Assembly: GCA_002104945.1 (NCBI GenBank)
Contig: MCFH01000046.1
Span: 248,001 to 312,000, forward strand
DNA from: Piromyces finnis finn
Lineage: Eukaryota > Fungi > Neocallimastigomycota
Length of the DNA: 64,000 bases
Direction of reading: 5' to 3'
Shown here: positions 28,610-41,649 of the stretch, piece by piece
Layout of the letters: each line of letters opens with the position of its first letter
Position numbering within the stretch: position 1 is the stretch's first letter
The notes under the pieces: generated by a model
What the model was told of the DNA's origin: nothing
Databases searched by the model: none
The model's input: the letters and a program-made list of their open reading frames with translations, nothing else
Translations under genes and position numbers: made by a program

Positions 28610-29380
28610 ATGAAATTTTTTGCTATTACCTCAGTTTTTTTATTGACTTTTGTCAATTTTACATTTGCTGCTTGGGAAGCTGTTATTGATAATTCTTTAA
28701 AGGATTATAACACTTTCCATCAATATTGGAATTACAAATATCCATGGGGTTCAGATCATAACGGTTCTGCACGTATGTATGGTAGTGCAGAAGATCATAA
28801 CCATGTATACTTAAAAGATAATACTGTAGTTCTTTTAGCTACAAGAATTAATTGGGATGAAGGTAAGAGTACTGCTAATCCACATCCAGCTATTCATTAT
28901 CACTCTGGTGCTATTCATTCAAAACAAACTTTCACTATTAATGATCAATTCCCAAATTACGAAATAAGAGGTGAATTTATGGCCCCAACTAATGGTGGTA
29001 CATGGCCGGCCTTTTGGTTAAATGGTGCCTGGACCTGGCCACCAGAAATTGATATCCTTGAACTTAAAGGTAGTAATACTAACTGGTTCAATACTTTCCG
29101 CACATCTAGTGATGTATCTACAACCAAAGTTAATATTAGTAACCCAGGAGCATGGCATCAATATCGTGTTTGGATTACAAAGGTCGATAATACTAATATG
29201 GATATTCACTTTTATATTGATGGTGTTTGGAAGGGAAAACACACAGCTAATCACGTTGGTAAGCCTTTCCATTTAATTATGAATTTACAAATGGAAGGTT
29301 CTTCAGGTGGCAATGGTCCAAGTAGTAATACTTATTACAGAGGTAGAAATATCTATGTCGGTAGAACTAGAGCTTATTAA
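28610..29380 (+). CDS. Secreted GH16 glycoside hydrolase, probable endo-beta-1,3-galactanase type (GH16 subfamily 10-like); intronless
   Basis: Signal peptide MKFFAITSVFLLTFVNFTFA, then WNYKYPWGSDHNGSARM and TWPAFWL, with the catalytic ExDxxE motif in WPPEIDILE. No dockerin or CBM. Confidence 0.85.
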   Translation: MKFFAITSVFLLTFVNFTFAAWEAVIDNSLKDYNTFHQYWNYKYPWGSDHNGSARMYGSAEDHNHVYLKDNTVVLLATRINWDEGKSTANPHPAIHYHSGAIHSKQTFTINDQFPNYEIRGEFMAPTNGGTWPAFWLNGAWTWPPEIDILELKGSNTNWFNTFRTSSDVSTTKVNISNPGAWHQYRVWITKVDNTNMDIHFYIDGVWKGKHTANHVGKPFHLIMNLQMEGSSGGNGPSSNTYYRGRNIYVGRTRAY

Positions 29381-29619
29381 GCTAACCTTTTTTAAACATA
29401 ATTATGATAATATTTTTTAAATCTGTATTATAAGAATATCATTTATATATAAAATAAAATTATATTGTACTAAAGTAAAAAAAAATAAAATTAATTTAAA
29501 AATATTATAATAAAAATTTTTTTTACATAATAACTTGGTTGAAATAATTGAAACTTTTATAAAAGTAATTTACATTTCAATTACTGTGTATAAAGTAATA
29601 AAAATTAATATTAATATAT

Positions 29620-29728
29620 GTTAAATATAGTAGTATACCACGTTAACATTTCTAAATATTATTTCTTAAAATATTTAAATTTTTTTAACAATATTTAAAA
29701 ATATTAATGGTATACTACTATACTTAAC
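29620..29728. repeat. Short inverted repeat (21-bp arms, 1 mismatch), MITE-like or hairpin element
   Basis: Left arm GTTAAATATAGTAGTATACCA at 29620-29640; right arm TGGTATACTACTATACTTAAC at 29708-29728. No clear target-site duplication. Confidence 0.6.
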
Positions 29729-30629
29729 GATGATCTAGTAAACTCTCGTAGCATTTTAAAAGGGGCATTTTCTCACTCTCAAATAATATCATTATATTAT
29801 TAATGAAGTCTTTTGATAAAATTCTAATTATAAATCTATTAATTTACTTTTTAACCTTAAAAGTCATATTTTTAAACTTTTAATACATTATATTACATTA
29901 CATTTAAATTATAATAAATTAAACTTTTAATTCATTACATTAGATAATATAATTAAACTCTAATTAATATATATTATTAATAATATACATTGAAATATAC
30001 TATAATATGTATTTTTTATATAAATGTCATTTTCATTTCATTGTCATTAAATACCTTTAAAGTTAAAGTTTTTCAATGGAGTTTACTCCGCAATTTAATT
30101 TTATCTTTAAAGAATGAAAGTTTTTATACAAAATATAAAGCAAGTTTTTATTTTATAACATAGATAAAAGGATACTAATTAATTAATAATACTATTCTAT
30201 ATATTTATTATTATATATTTCACTTTTTTTTTCTTTTTGTTTTTTCAATTATAATAAATGTTATCATGAATTAAAATTTTACTTTATATATATTCGTAAT
30301 ATTTAATTATACTGTATTTAATATACAAAAAATAAACTTTTTATATTAATTTAAAATTTTCAAAAAAAAAATTAATATATAAATAAGAAAATTTCTTTAA
30401 AAATTATCCCTTTTTATAAATAAATAGGAATAAAAATTATCTTTAAAGGTAAATTAGTAAAATAGAAATAAATAAATAAATTAATAAAATAATAAAATAT
30501 AGAAGTTGTAATAATTAATAAAAAATTTTTTTATATATTTAATAAAAATAAAAATTAATATATAAATAATAATTATCTCTCTCTTTTTCAAATTTCAACA
30601 ATTTTAAATAATAATTTAGAATTGAAAAT

Positions 30630-31450
30630 ATGTCTCAAATTACTAAACACGTTTTAAAGCCATTACCATATTCTCTTAACGCTCTTGCTCCATTCATTTC
30701 TGAAGAAACCCTTCGTTATGTAATGAAAAAAAATAAATAATTTTTTAAAAAAATTATATATTAAATGTATGAATCATTTTATTAAATATTATTTTTTTTA
30801 AAAAATAAAAAGCATTATGGAAAACACCATCAAACCTACGTTAATAATTTAAATAATTTATTATTACAAAAGGAAAATGTTGAATTTGTTAACAAGCCAT
30901 TAGAAGATATTATTAAAAACAAATCTGTCAGTGCCGGTCTTTTTAACAATGCCGCACAAATCTGGAATCATGACTTCTATTGGGAATCTCTTGCTCCACC
31001 AAAGAATGGTAATGAAAACCCATTACCATCTGGTAAAATTTCTGAAGAATTAATTAAGAATTTTGGTTCATTTGAAGCTTTTAAGGAACAATTTACCAAA
31101 GGTGATTTTCAATATTACTAAATAATTTTTCTATATTTTTTATTATCTTGTAATTTATGTCTCTAATTATAAAAATATTTCAATATAAAATGTATAAAAT
31201 AGCTTCAATTACCCGTTTTGGTTCCGGATGGGCTTGGCTTGTCCAAAATACTAAAAATGGAAAATTAGAAATTATTTCTACTTCTAATGCTGAAAATCCA
31301 TTAACCAATCCAGACTTAAAGCCAATTTTAACTTGTGATGTTTGGGAACATGCTTACTACATTGATTATAGAAATGATAGAGGAAAATATGTTCAAAATG
31401 CATTCTGGAAATTAGTTAACTGGGATTTTGCTAACAAGAACCTCCAATAA
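30630..31450 (+). CDS. Iron superoxide dismutase (SodB-like), 3 exons
   Basis: Motifs [19 protein letters not shown]|[41 protein letters not shown] and [13 protein letters not shown]. The four metal ligands and the Fe-type AAQxW and SNA signatures are present. Confidence 0.93.
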
Positions 31451-32444
31451 ATAACATAAAAATAAATTTAAATGCTGATAAATAAAAATTCTAAAATGTA
31501 ATAATTCAATTTATACTTGGAAATGCAAATATTAAAATAATACCATAAAAAACAAAAATATTCTAAAATAATAATTATTATTGCAATTTTTATCATAAAA
31601 AACAAGAAAAAGGGACATATGAATAATAATATAAAACAAAAACAATAAAGATTAAAAAAAAAAAAAAAGTAGTTAATTTTTTATTGATATTTTTTAATTT
31701 ATTTTAAAATTATTAAAGATGTTAAATTTGATAAAATTTAAGGTTTTGTGGCTTTTCTTTAATATGTCAATTTTTAAGTTATAAATTATTTTGGTAAAAC
31801 CTAAAAAATATTTTTTCCATGAAGATCGATCGAGATTATATATTAATGATCTAAAAAAAATATTTATTATATTATTATCATAGTTAAATTTACATTTTTT
31901 ATTTATAAATATAAAATATATGATATCTATATTTTAATTATTATTATTTTGTTTGATGTTTTTTTTAATTACTTTCAAAAATATATCAACTATTATTTGT
32001 TAATAATGTAAGGACAATGGAAAAAAAATTATATTTCAAGTTTAATTTCAATGCTATATAAAATTAAATGTAGGAGAGAAATGTATAGTTTCGTATATGA
32101 AGTTTCCATTTTTTTATTTATTTTTTTGAATTATTTCTTTATATTGAAATTTTATTATTATTATTATTTTTTTTATATAATCGAAATTATTTTTCTATAT
32201 ATTATAATAGCTTTAAAATTAATTAATTATTATTTTTTCATTTTTTTATTTTATTTTTTATTTTTTATTTTTTTTGTTTTTCTTTTTATTTCTTTCTATT
32301 TTTATTTAACTAAATTACTATTATATTAAGCTTTATGATATAGCATAAAATAATAGAAATAATAAAAGGCTATTTCTTTCTTTCTTTTATTTTACTATTT
32401 ATTTTTTTTTTAATAATAAACAATAGTATAAATATGTAGATTGT

Positions 32445-34360
32445 TTAGTTCCAAACGCGAATAGTTTTATCATATGAACAACTAACTAAAAGACCATTTA
32501 CATATTCTTCAGATGGTTCAATAAATGTAATGTCACGAACAATAGCCTTATGACCGTATAACTTCTTAACAAGTTTAGCTGTTGGAATTTCAAATACACA
32601 AATAGAATAATCATTACTTGTAATGAAGACATATTGACCATTAGAATGGAAACAACATCTTGGGTTAGTGAATTCATCAATTTGAGCTCCATAGAAAATA
32701 CGTGGCTGAGCATTAGAGCGGTTTCTGAATAAAATGGTTCTTCCTGATTTATTGTCGGTACAGCATAAAATGTATTTGTGATCTGGTGATGGAACTAAAT
32801 TCATTGGGGTGAATGAAACCCAATTATCACCATTAAGATTCATGTTAATTTTGGTTTCTGGGAAACCTTCAATCAAATCAATATAGTGTAAATAATTATC
32901 TTCACGAACACCTACTACAGCTGTATAGATGTTATTATTTTCTGGTGATATTGTAATACAAAGTGATTCACAAGCACCATTATAAGTTTTAGTATCAACA
33001 AGTTCATATTTTGGAATGATATGATTTTGAACATCATGAGTCTTTTCTTCAATACACTTATAAATATTAACAGAATGATCATAAGAAGAAGAAACAATGA
33101 ATTTGCCATCTGGACTGAATAAAGCTTTGGTAACAAATTTTTGATGATTTTTAAATTGTTGAATACATTCATTAGTATCTATATCAACAATGGTAATTTG
33201 ACCATCCATACTTGAAGTTAACATTATATGTTCATAAATTGGATGAGTATCAATTGAAAGAACAGCTCCTTTATGATGTTGGAAAATACCAACGACTTTT
33301 CCGGTTTCAAGTTCTGTAGCACGAACGGATTTATCAATAGCACCTTTGATTTTAAGAATTCAGTAAAGTAGTTATAATTATTAAGTGTTTTATAATATAA
33401 TTGTAATATATTAAAATGAAGAAAGTTTTGTTTATAAAATCATTATATATTATATTAATTATATATAGATATTAGAATACAAATTAAAATTAGAAAAGAA
33501 AAAGAAAAAAGTAAGAAATATTACAAATATTGAAATGATAGTTTGTTAAAATTTAAAATTTTATTTATAAAGAAATTTATATTTACCAGAGAAAATATAT
33601 GACTTATTTTGATTTTCTTCAGATTCATCGAATATCTTGGATGGAAGTTGTTTACTGTGAAGTGATATAATATTGGAATAGTGAACATCCTCAATAGTTT
33701 TTAAGTCATTTTGTGGGTATTTGCCATCACATTCAAACTTTAAATCTTCATCAAGATTTCTTTAAATTTTATATTATATAATAAAAAAAAAGTTAATTAT
33801 TTGAAAAAGTAATATTTTTAAATATTTCGTATATTAATAGAAAACATTTAATATAGAACTTTTATTTATTTATTTATTTTTTTTTTTAGTAATAATATTA
33901 TTAATTTATGAATATTTATATATTTATATTTTTATTTTCTTATTTTCTTAATTTATTAATAATTGATTATTATTTTTAAAATTAATACTTAATTTTTTCA
34001 TTATAAATGCTTTTTTTTTTTTTTTTGCTTAAAAACTAATTAAATTTAAAAATGAATATATAATGAAATAAAATAACTATATATTTACTTTTCTACTGAT
34101 AATTTTGAAAGTCTATCAATAGTGATGAATTCTTCATAGTCTTCTAAAACTGCTAATAAAGTTTTATTTGGGAAAGGTCTAATTGAATCATCAAGGATTT
34201 CTAAATCATCAGAAGCTTCTTCATTGAAAATTTCAAGAGTATTATTAAATCTATTTTCCTTTAAAAATTCTCTAACTAATTTGAAAGCAAAAAGACGAAC
34301 ATCAAGTTTAATGTGCTTTTCTTCCTTTTTTTGAACAGATGGTTTAATAGTGTAATCCAT
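32445..34360 (-). CDS. LisH-like N-terminus + WD40-repeat protein, 3 exons
   Basis: Exon 1 contains KLVREFLKENRFNNTLEIFNEE (LisH-like). WD-type repeats include HKGAVLSID...SSMDGQITIVD, HQKFVTKALFSPDGKFIVSSSYDHSVNIY and GHKAIVRDITF...SCSYDKTIRVWN*. Confidence 0.82.
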
Positions 34361-34770
34361 TTTAAATTTTATTTTCTACTTTGATAAAATAAAATATAAA
34401 TCTTTAATTTTATTAATTGTAAAATATATAAATATATTATCATATTTATTATATTATATAATAATATATTATTATATATTATCTCTATACATTTAATCTA
34501 AATTATTTTAAATAATATTTTATTTATTCATTTCTTAATAAATTTAAAAATAATTTTGGTTATTGTTAAACAAAAAGTAGAACAATGAAAATTTATTGAA
34601 ACAATAATATAAAAATAATTATATAAATCTATCTATATATATATAAATAATTATATATCTTAAGAGAAAAAATAAACAAGGAAATAATAATTTTCAATAT
34701 AAAACATATAAAAATTATAAATAGAATTAAATTCTTTAAATTATAATATTCATAAAAATAAATTTAAAAA

Positions 34771-35334
34771 ATGAGTTGTGGAGGTGGTTGCTGTCCAAGA
34801 AAAAATTACAATAGTGATAAACCTTTATCTAAAAGAATACCTCAAGTTGTTTTAGTATTTGCTATTGTTTGGTTAATTGGTTTTGGTTATATAGCTCAAT
34901 TATTTAATCAACCTACTAGAAAACCAAAGAATAAAAGACGTAATAAGAAAAGAAATAATCGTAACAATGGATTCTTTGGAAAATTAAGTGATGAGCTTCA
35001 TAATGGAAATAAACTTACTTGGGCAATAATAATATTTATTATTGTATTATTTATTCTTCTTCTTATTCGTGTTATTCGTAATCAAGCTAAAAAATTAGAA
35101 AATCAAATTCAAGATAAGTGGGAAGAAGCAATGGCAGAACAACAAAGACGTTATAATGCACGTATGAATGATTATTATGATTATAATGATGAGGATGAGG
35201 ATGGTCCTCGTATTCGCGAGTTAGAAACAGAAGAAGAAGAAGCTCAATGGAGAGAACTTATGGAAAAAGAAAGAAAAGAAAGAGAAAGAAAAATTGCATC
35301 TGAAAATAGTGATGAAGAAAAGAAAACTAAATAA
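34771..35334 (+). CDS. Orphan two-TM membrane protein with Cys-rich N-terminus, charged coiled-coil tail and C-terminal KKxx motif; intronless
   Basis: 187-aa ORF with coding-like composition. It starts MSCGGGCCP, has two hydrophobic helices (VVLVFAIVWLIGFGYIA and WAIIIFIIVLFILLLI) and ends EEKKTK*. Confidence 0.7.
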   Translation: MSCGGGCCPRKNYNSDKPLSKRIPQVVLVFAIVWLIGFGYIAQLFNQPTRKPKNKRRNKKRNNRNNGFFGKLSDELHNGNKLTWAIIIFIIVLFILLLIRVIRNQAKKLENQIQDKWEEAMAEQQRRYNARMNDYYDYNDEDEDGPRIRELETEEEEAQWRELMEKERKERERKIASENSDEEKKTK

Positions 35335-35842
35335 AATATTAAATTAAATTTTATATATATATTTTTTTTATCATAAAGCATAAGATTTAAATTAAATTTA
35401 TTAAATATAAATGCATATAGAATTACTTTTATTATAAATTTTAAAAAGCTTGATGTACATTCTTTATTTTTTCTTTAGTTCAATAACTATATATAATAAA
35501 TTTTAAAATACAAAATAAAATAAACTAAAAACTAATAAGTAAATAAATAAATAAATAAATAAATAAAAAAAAAAAACATAAAACATATAATTCTTATTTA
35601 TTCTTTATCTATTATAGAGTTTTATATTATGTTAAAATATTGTATTTGTTTATTAATAATGATAGTTTTACAAAGATTTAAAAGGAAAGAAATATAATAA
35701 TAATCATAAAATATTTATTTATTGTTATTAGTATTGTGAATAATTATGAACATTTAAATAATTTCAAAAATTCATCTTGGATGATAAATTTGGTTATTGT
35801 ATGTAAAAAAAAATTTTTTTAAAGTTATCTTTTTAAATCATA

Positions 35843-37437
35843 TTAATTTTTTTCTCTCATAACTCTTCTTCTATCACCTAACTCTTTTCCTCTTTTACGT
35901 TGTGCAATACGCTAGAATATATAATAATAATAATAATAAAATAATAATAGTTTAATAAATAACATTCTTGTTTATTTATTTAGTAAATTTACTTTAATTT
36001 TAAAAATGAAATATAGGTACCTCAACAGTGGAATTACCATCCTTAAACTTTGCTTTAAATAATACATTCGCGTTATTAAACATACCTTCCTTTAATGAAA
36101 CAACAATAAATTGAGAGCCTTTAAAACGGGTTCTTAAAAGTTGACCAATATTTTGAGTATGAGATAAATCAAGGGCAGCATCAACTTCATCTAAAATATA
36201 CATTGGTGCTGGTTTAAATTGTAAAAGTGATAAAATAAGTGAAAGTGCAATTAAAGATCTTTGACCACCACTAAGTTCAGTTAAACTTTGCTTCCAGACA
36301 CCACCAAGACAAACCTTAACTTCAAGACCTTGAGTGATAATTTGTCCTTCTGGTGGTTCTAATTTTGCTGAATTACCAGGTAAAAGTTCACTAAAAATTG
36401 AACCAAAGTCACTAAATTATCAAATATTAAGTATAATTAGTATTTCAATTACTTTATGTCATTATTTTTATAATTCTTCAATACAAATTTATGTACTTAC
36501 ACATTAACTTTTTCCCATGTTTTTTCTAAAGCTTCTTTCTTATAACCGTCTAAAGATTTAATAGTTTCTTCAATTTTGCTTTTATCTCTTTTTACAGTAG
36601 AAAACATTTGCTTTAATGATGTTTCTTTCTTTTCAACTCTGTGTTATAAAAAAAAAAATTAATTATTATTCTAATCTATTTAATATATTTTAAAACCACA
36701 CATTTTACCTATCAATGGTATCCATAACTTTCATATTAATTTGTTTTCTTAAACTTTCATGACGTTCTTCAAGTTGTTTTAGTTTTATTTTTGATTCACC
36801 AATATTGTGAGCATTAAAATCATATAGAGTATTTTTCTTTCCAAATAATCTATAATATATTATGAAAAATTTATAATATTAATATAACTATTACTTTATA
36901 TAAAAGAAATATTTATAATAATAATAAAATTTGGAAATATGGAATAAAAACTGATGTATTACGATTTTTGTTCATTAATCCATGGATAATCATTTAACAT
37001 ATTTTTTATTAATCTATGAGAATTTTCTTTATCATTATTAAATCTTTCCAGATCATGCTTAATTTTTTTTATGGCTAATTGGATTTCTGTGTTTTGTTTC
37101 GATAGATTATTTAAATCATTTTCTAATCCTTTTAACTGATCATCATATTGAGAAAGTAATTTTCTTTCCTTATCAAGTTCTTCCTTCGATTTTCGATACT
37201 TTGTCTATAAAATATTATTGTTATAATTTTTATTTTAGTTTAAAAATTGTATAAAATTTTATTTTTAAAAGATATCCTTTAATAATTATTTAATAAACTA
37301 CTTACTTCTGTTTCTTTTATTAAATCTTCAAACTCTTTTAACTGAAGTTTATATTTTTCTAAATTTTGATTGATATTACTTTTTTGATCAACAAAAGATT
37401 GTTTTTCTTGTTCCAATTGGTCTTATTTTAAAATTTG

Positions 37438-37492
<55 letters not shown>

Positions 37493-38993
37493 TATATATA
37501 TATATATATTTCATTATTAAAGATTTTCAATATTAATTGATTATATATATATTAATATATACCAATTTCGCATTGAATAACATCAACATTACGCTGATAA
37601 TTCTGTACAATTTTAGTCTGCTTTAAAATATTCTTCTTTGAATTATTAAGATCAACCTAAATATATAATTTTAAATTCTATATAAATAATATGAAATATA
37701 TTTATAGTATTTATTAATTTATTTATATAATACCTTCATTTGTTCAAGCTTTGATTCTTTATTATTGGCAAAATCATTCATTTCATTTTCAATTCTTTTA
37801 GATTCTTTTTTATAATAAGCTAACTTTTCATTTGAACTCTTTGCAATTTCTTCTTGTTCAACTAATTGTTTTTCAATATCCATTACCATTTGTTTACACT
37901 ATATCATTTATTAAAAAGTAAATATTTAAAAAAAAAAAGATTAATTTTATATATATATATAAAGTTTTAGAAAAGCTAAATTAAATAATTTTAAAAACTA
38001 ACTCGGGCGTAAGAGCTTTTTGAAAGTTGGTCATCTAATAAAGACTGTTGATGAAGCATTAAATCGTAATCCTTTTTACATTGTTTATAAATTATAAGTT
38101 TTTGTTGGTAAGCTTCAAACTCGCTCTTTACATTGTGTTCTTGTTCTTCTAATTCATATAATTGATTTTTAAGTTCCTTCAAATCTTGAATTTTGTTTAA
38201 TATGCCAGCAGAAGTGGGCTTTGCACCACCTGACAATGTACCTGATGGATCATAAATATCACCAGCTAGAGTAACACATCTAGCTTTAACATTTGTTTGA
38301 TTACTATACGATAAGTCTCTTGCAACACTAGGATCTATAATTTAAATAAGTTAATAATTATTTTCTATTATAATTTTTTTTTAAAAAAATGCACTTACCA
38401 TTACAAATAAATGTACTACCGAATACTAATCTCATAGCGGATTCAACCTCATCATCATATCCAATGAGTGAAAGTGCAAGATTTGCTTTATTATGCCATA
38501 TACTTTTAGCTTTATCAACTTTCTAATATTGAATTAAATATATATATATTTACTTTTTTAATATAGTAATATAATTATAACTATATATAATACATATAAC
38601 ATACATTTTGTGGTATTGAATAAGCATTAATTTTATTTAATGGCAATATAGTAACTCTTTTTCTTAAACGACCGCGTTCTAATAAATCTGCACCAACAAC
38701 TTCATTTTCTACTACAACCTTCATTAATAATTAATAGATATAAAATATAATTATATTTTCAATAATTAATAAATTTATTTTTGATTTTTATAATTATATA
38801 TATACTTAAACATACATTATATAATCTTCCACCTGCTGTAATTTCTAATGCTAGTGAAGTATCTATTTTATCTTTTGGAATAGTAACTAATTCAGCAACC
38901 AAACCTTTAATCGTTGATCTATCAAATCCTGGATATGGATCAGTGAAATCAAAGTTTAATGATATCAATTGTGAACTTAATCTATCAATTTTC

Positions 38994-39040
<47 letters not shown>

Positions 39041-41649
39041 AATTAAGATTTATATTATATTAATTTACTAAATAAATATATAGGAAAAATTACATCTCGA
39101 AGATATGACATATCTCCTTTAAAGTTTTCTAATTGATTTATATAACTTCGTTCCTTATTTGGATCAATATCAATATTATCAACTTTATTCTAATAAAAAC
39201 ATATATTGTATATATATTAGATTTTAAGATTTTATAATTTATATATATATATTTAATTTATTGAACTAAAAATTTTTTAAATTTTCATTAATTTTACTTT
39301 TAATTCATTTAATTGCTTTTCGATAATTTCTTTTTCTTTTAATAAATTTTTATTTTCTCTTTCAGCTTTATCAGCCTTTGGTTTCCATTCTTTTAAATCT
39401 TCATTAAGATGACTTATTTTAATTCTAGCTTGTTCATTTTCAGTTGATGCAACTGTCATTTGTTTTTTTGATTCTAATACATTAAATTGTAATTATAATT
39501 AAAATTTGTATATTAACTTCAATTATGCTTAAATATTAATTATTTGTAACTACCTCTAAGTTGCTCCATATAACCGTTTTCATGACCTTCTTTAGCGGCC
39601 ATACCAGTAGTAAGTGTTTGTAATAATTCTTCTAATTTCTGTGTTTTCTTTACTTCTTCTTGATGACTTAATTTAATTTCTTCTAACTTTTTATTTTCCA
39701 TATCATATTCATGTTTTTTCTTTGAAATTACTTTTTCTACCTTTATTATTAATTAATATTAATACCATTATTTATGTAATAATTAATAAATACATATATA
39801 ATCTACCTCTTTAGCATTTGATTCAAGAGATTCTAATGATTTTGCTTCTTCTCTCATACTATCAATTTTTAAATCTTTTTGAGTTTTTATTTTTACTAAA
39901 TGTTTTGAAATTTCTTTTACGGCTTCATCCAATTCTTGAAAACGACCACCTGTTTTCAATTCCTGATATATTGTTATTATTTAAATTTTTATATTTAATT
40001 AAGATATAAAATTTCATTATTAAATAAAACAATAATACTTATAAATTGTTAAGAAATTTTAATTTACTTTCTCTCTATGTAATGTTATTTCGTTTATCTC
40101 TTTTTCCATTATTTTTTTTTGTTCTTCAAATTCATTATATTTATTATTTAATTGGTCTAAAACTTGTTGCTTTATTTGAAGATCTTGATCCGAACGTTCC
40201 AATCTTTCCTTTAAATTATAGTATTTTTATATTTAATAATATATATGTCAAAATTGTTAATTATTTGATTTGTATATTATTGGAAATTTAAAATTTATTT
40301 TGAAATCTAATTCCATTAGTATACCTGATTAATTTGGAAATCATATGCAATAATTAATCTTTTTAAATAATCTAATTCCGTTTCAATTTTTTGGTATTCA
40401 ATAAATTCTTTTTTTTGGTTTCTTAGTTTATCTAATTTTGGGAAGATTTCTTCATTTAAAATCTTGAAATTTTTTTTATTAATTATAATTTTAAATTCAA
40501 ATAATTATTTCAAATAGTATATAATAATAAATAATTTATTAAATGTTATATATAATTTTTTGTTAAATTATACTTTAATAATAAATTATATTAATATAAT
40601 TTTTAAATGTGTAATAAAATAAAATAAAATAAAATAAAATTACAGAAGAAATTTCTTCTAATTTCTTATCCTTTTTTGCCATAGTTTCTCTAGCTTTTTT
40701 CTTTTTCTCTTCAAACATACGTGTACCTGCTGCTTCTTCAATCATTGCTAAAATTTCTGGTGGTTTCATATTTAAAACTTGTGTAATTTTACCTTGCATA
40801 ATTAAAAAATGTGGATTATTTACATTAAGCTGAACGGATTGGAAAAGATTAGCAACATTTTGTTGTTGAGCATTATGTCCATTAATTAAATATTTATTAC
40901 GACCACCAATAATAATCTTTTAAATTAAATTTTAATAACAATTATAGAAATTTGTTCATTTTCTTTAATCATTTTATTTAAAAAATATAATGAATATAAT
41001 CTAATATATTTATATATATACTTGACGAGTGACTGAAATTGTTCTAAATTCTTCATAACCTAAAGGACTTTTTGTTCTATCTTCATTATTAAAAACTATT
41101 GTTACTGAAGCTTTTGTAATACCAGCTTGACCTCTTTTATATACCAAATCTTGTAAATTATTTGCTCTTACCTTTTGTGAAATAACAAAATATAATTGTA
41201 ATTATTAATTGATAAAGAAATGAATATATTTGAAAAGTAGATTTTATAATATACACTATTTGGATTTAATATAATTTCCTCATTATTAAAAAGATTAAAT
41301 TTAATTGAACATGTAATTACATGACTTAAATTGGTTATACCAAGTAAAAAACATATAGCATCTAATATATTGGACTTTCCTGAACCATTCAAACCAGTAA
41401 TCGCATTAAATTGTGGATCCCATCCAGTAATTACTGTTCTCGAGGCATAAGATTTGAAACCTTCAATAATTAATTCTTTTTATTTAAAATAATAATATAT
41501 ACAGAATTAATTTCAAAAAACGAAATAATAATATAATTATTATTTAAATAAAGCAAATTATTCTATTTAAAATGGCTTCATCAATTTAAATTTTAATAAA
41601 ATAAAATATAATTTTGCTATTCAACTTCAATAATACCTTGTATTCTCAT
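35843..41649 (-). CDS. SMC2: Condensin SMC2, many exons
   Basis: MRIQ|[27 protein letters not shown] (Walker A) and [32 protein letters not shown]. Hinge motifs [14 protein letters not shown] and [17 protein letters not shown]-terminal [11 protein letters not shown] and [11 protein letters not shown]. Confidence 0.95.
37441..37491. repeat. (AAT)n microsatellite in an SMC2 intron, followed by (AT)n
   Basis: About 17 AAT units, seen directly. Confidence 0.9.

Noticed and set aside
29730-29830. Short open stretch on the minus strand (RILSKDFINNIMILFESEKMPLLKCYESLLDHR*) beside the inverted repeat, and a lone AGGGG STRE-like site at 29761
   Set aside because: There is no start codon or recognisable motif, and a single 5-mer about 870 bp upstream of the SOD gene is not evidence of regulation.
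32051-32329. Hydrophobic Phe/Ile/Tyr-rich short ORFs (also 853-1047, 7871-8065, 26872-27066 and 58356-58547)
   Set aside because: They are translations of AT-rich non-coding DNA, with no motifs or splice support.
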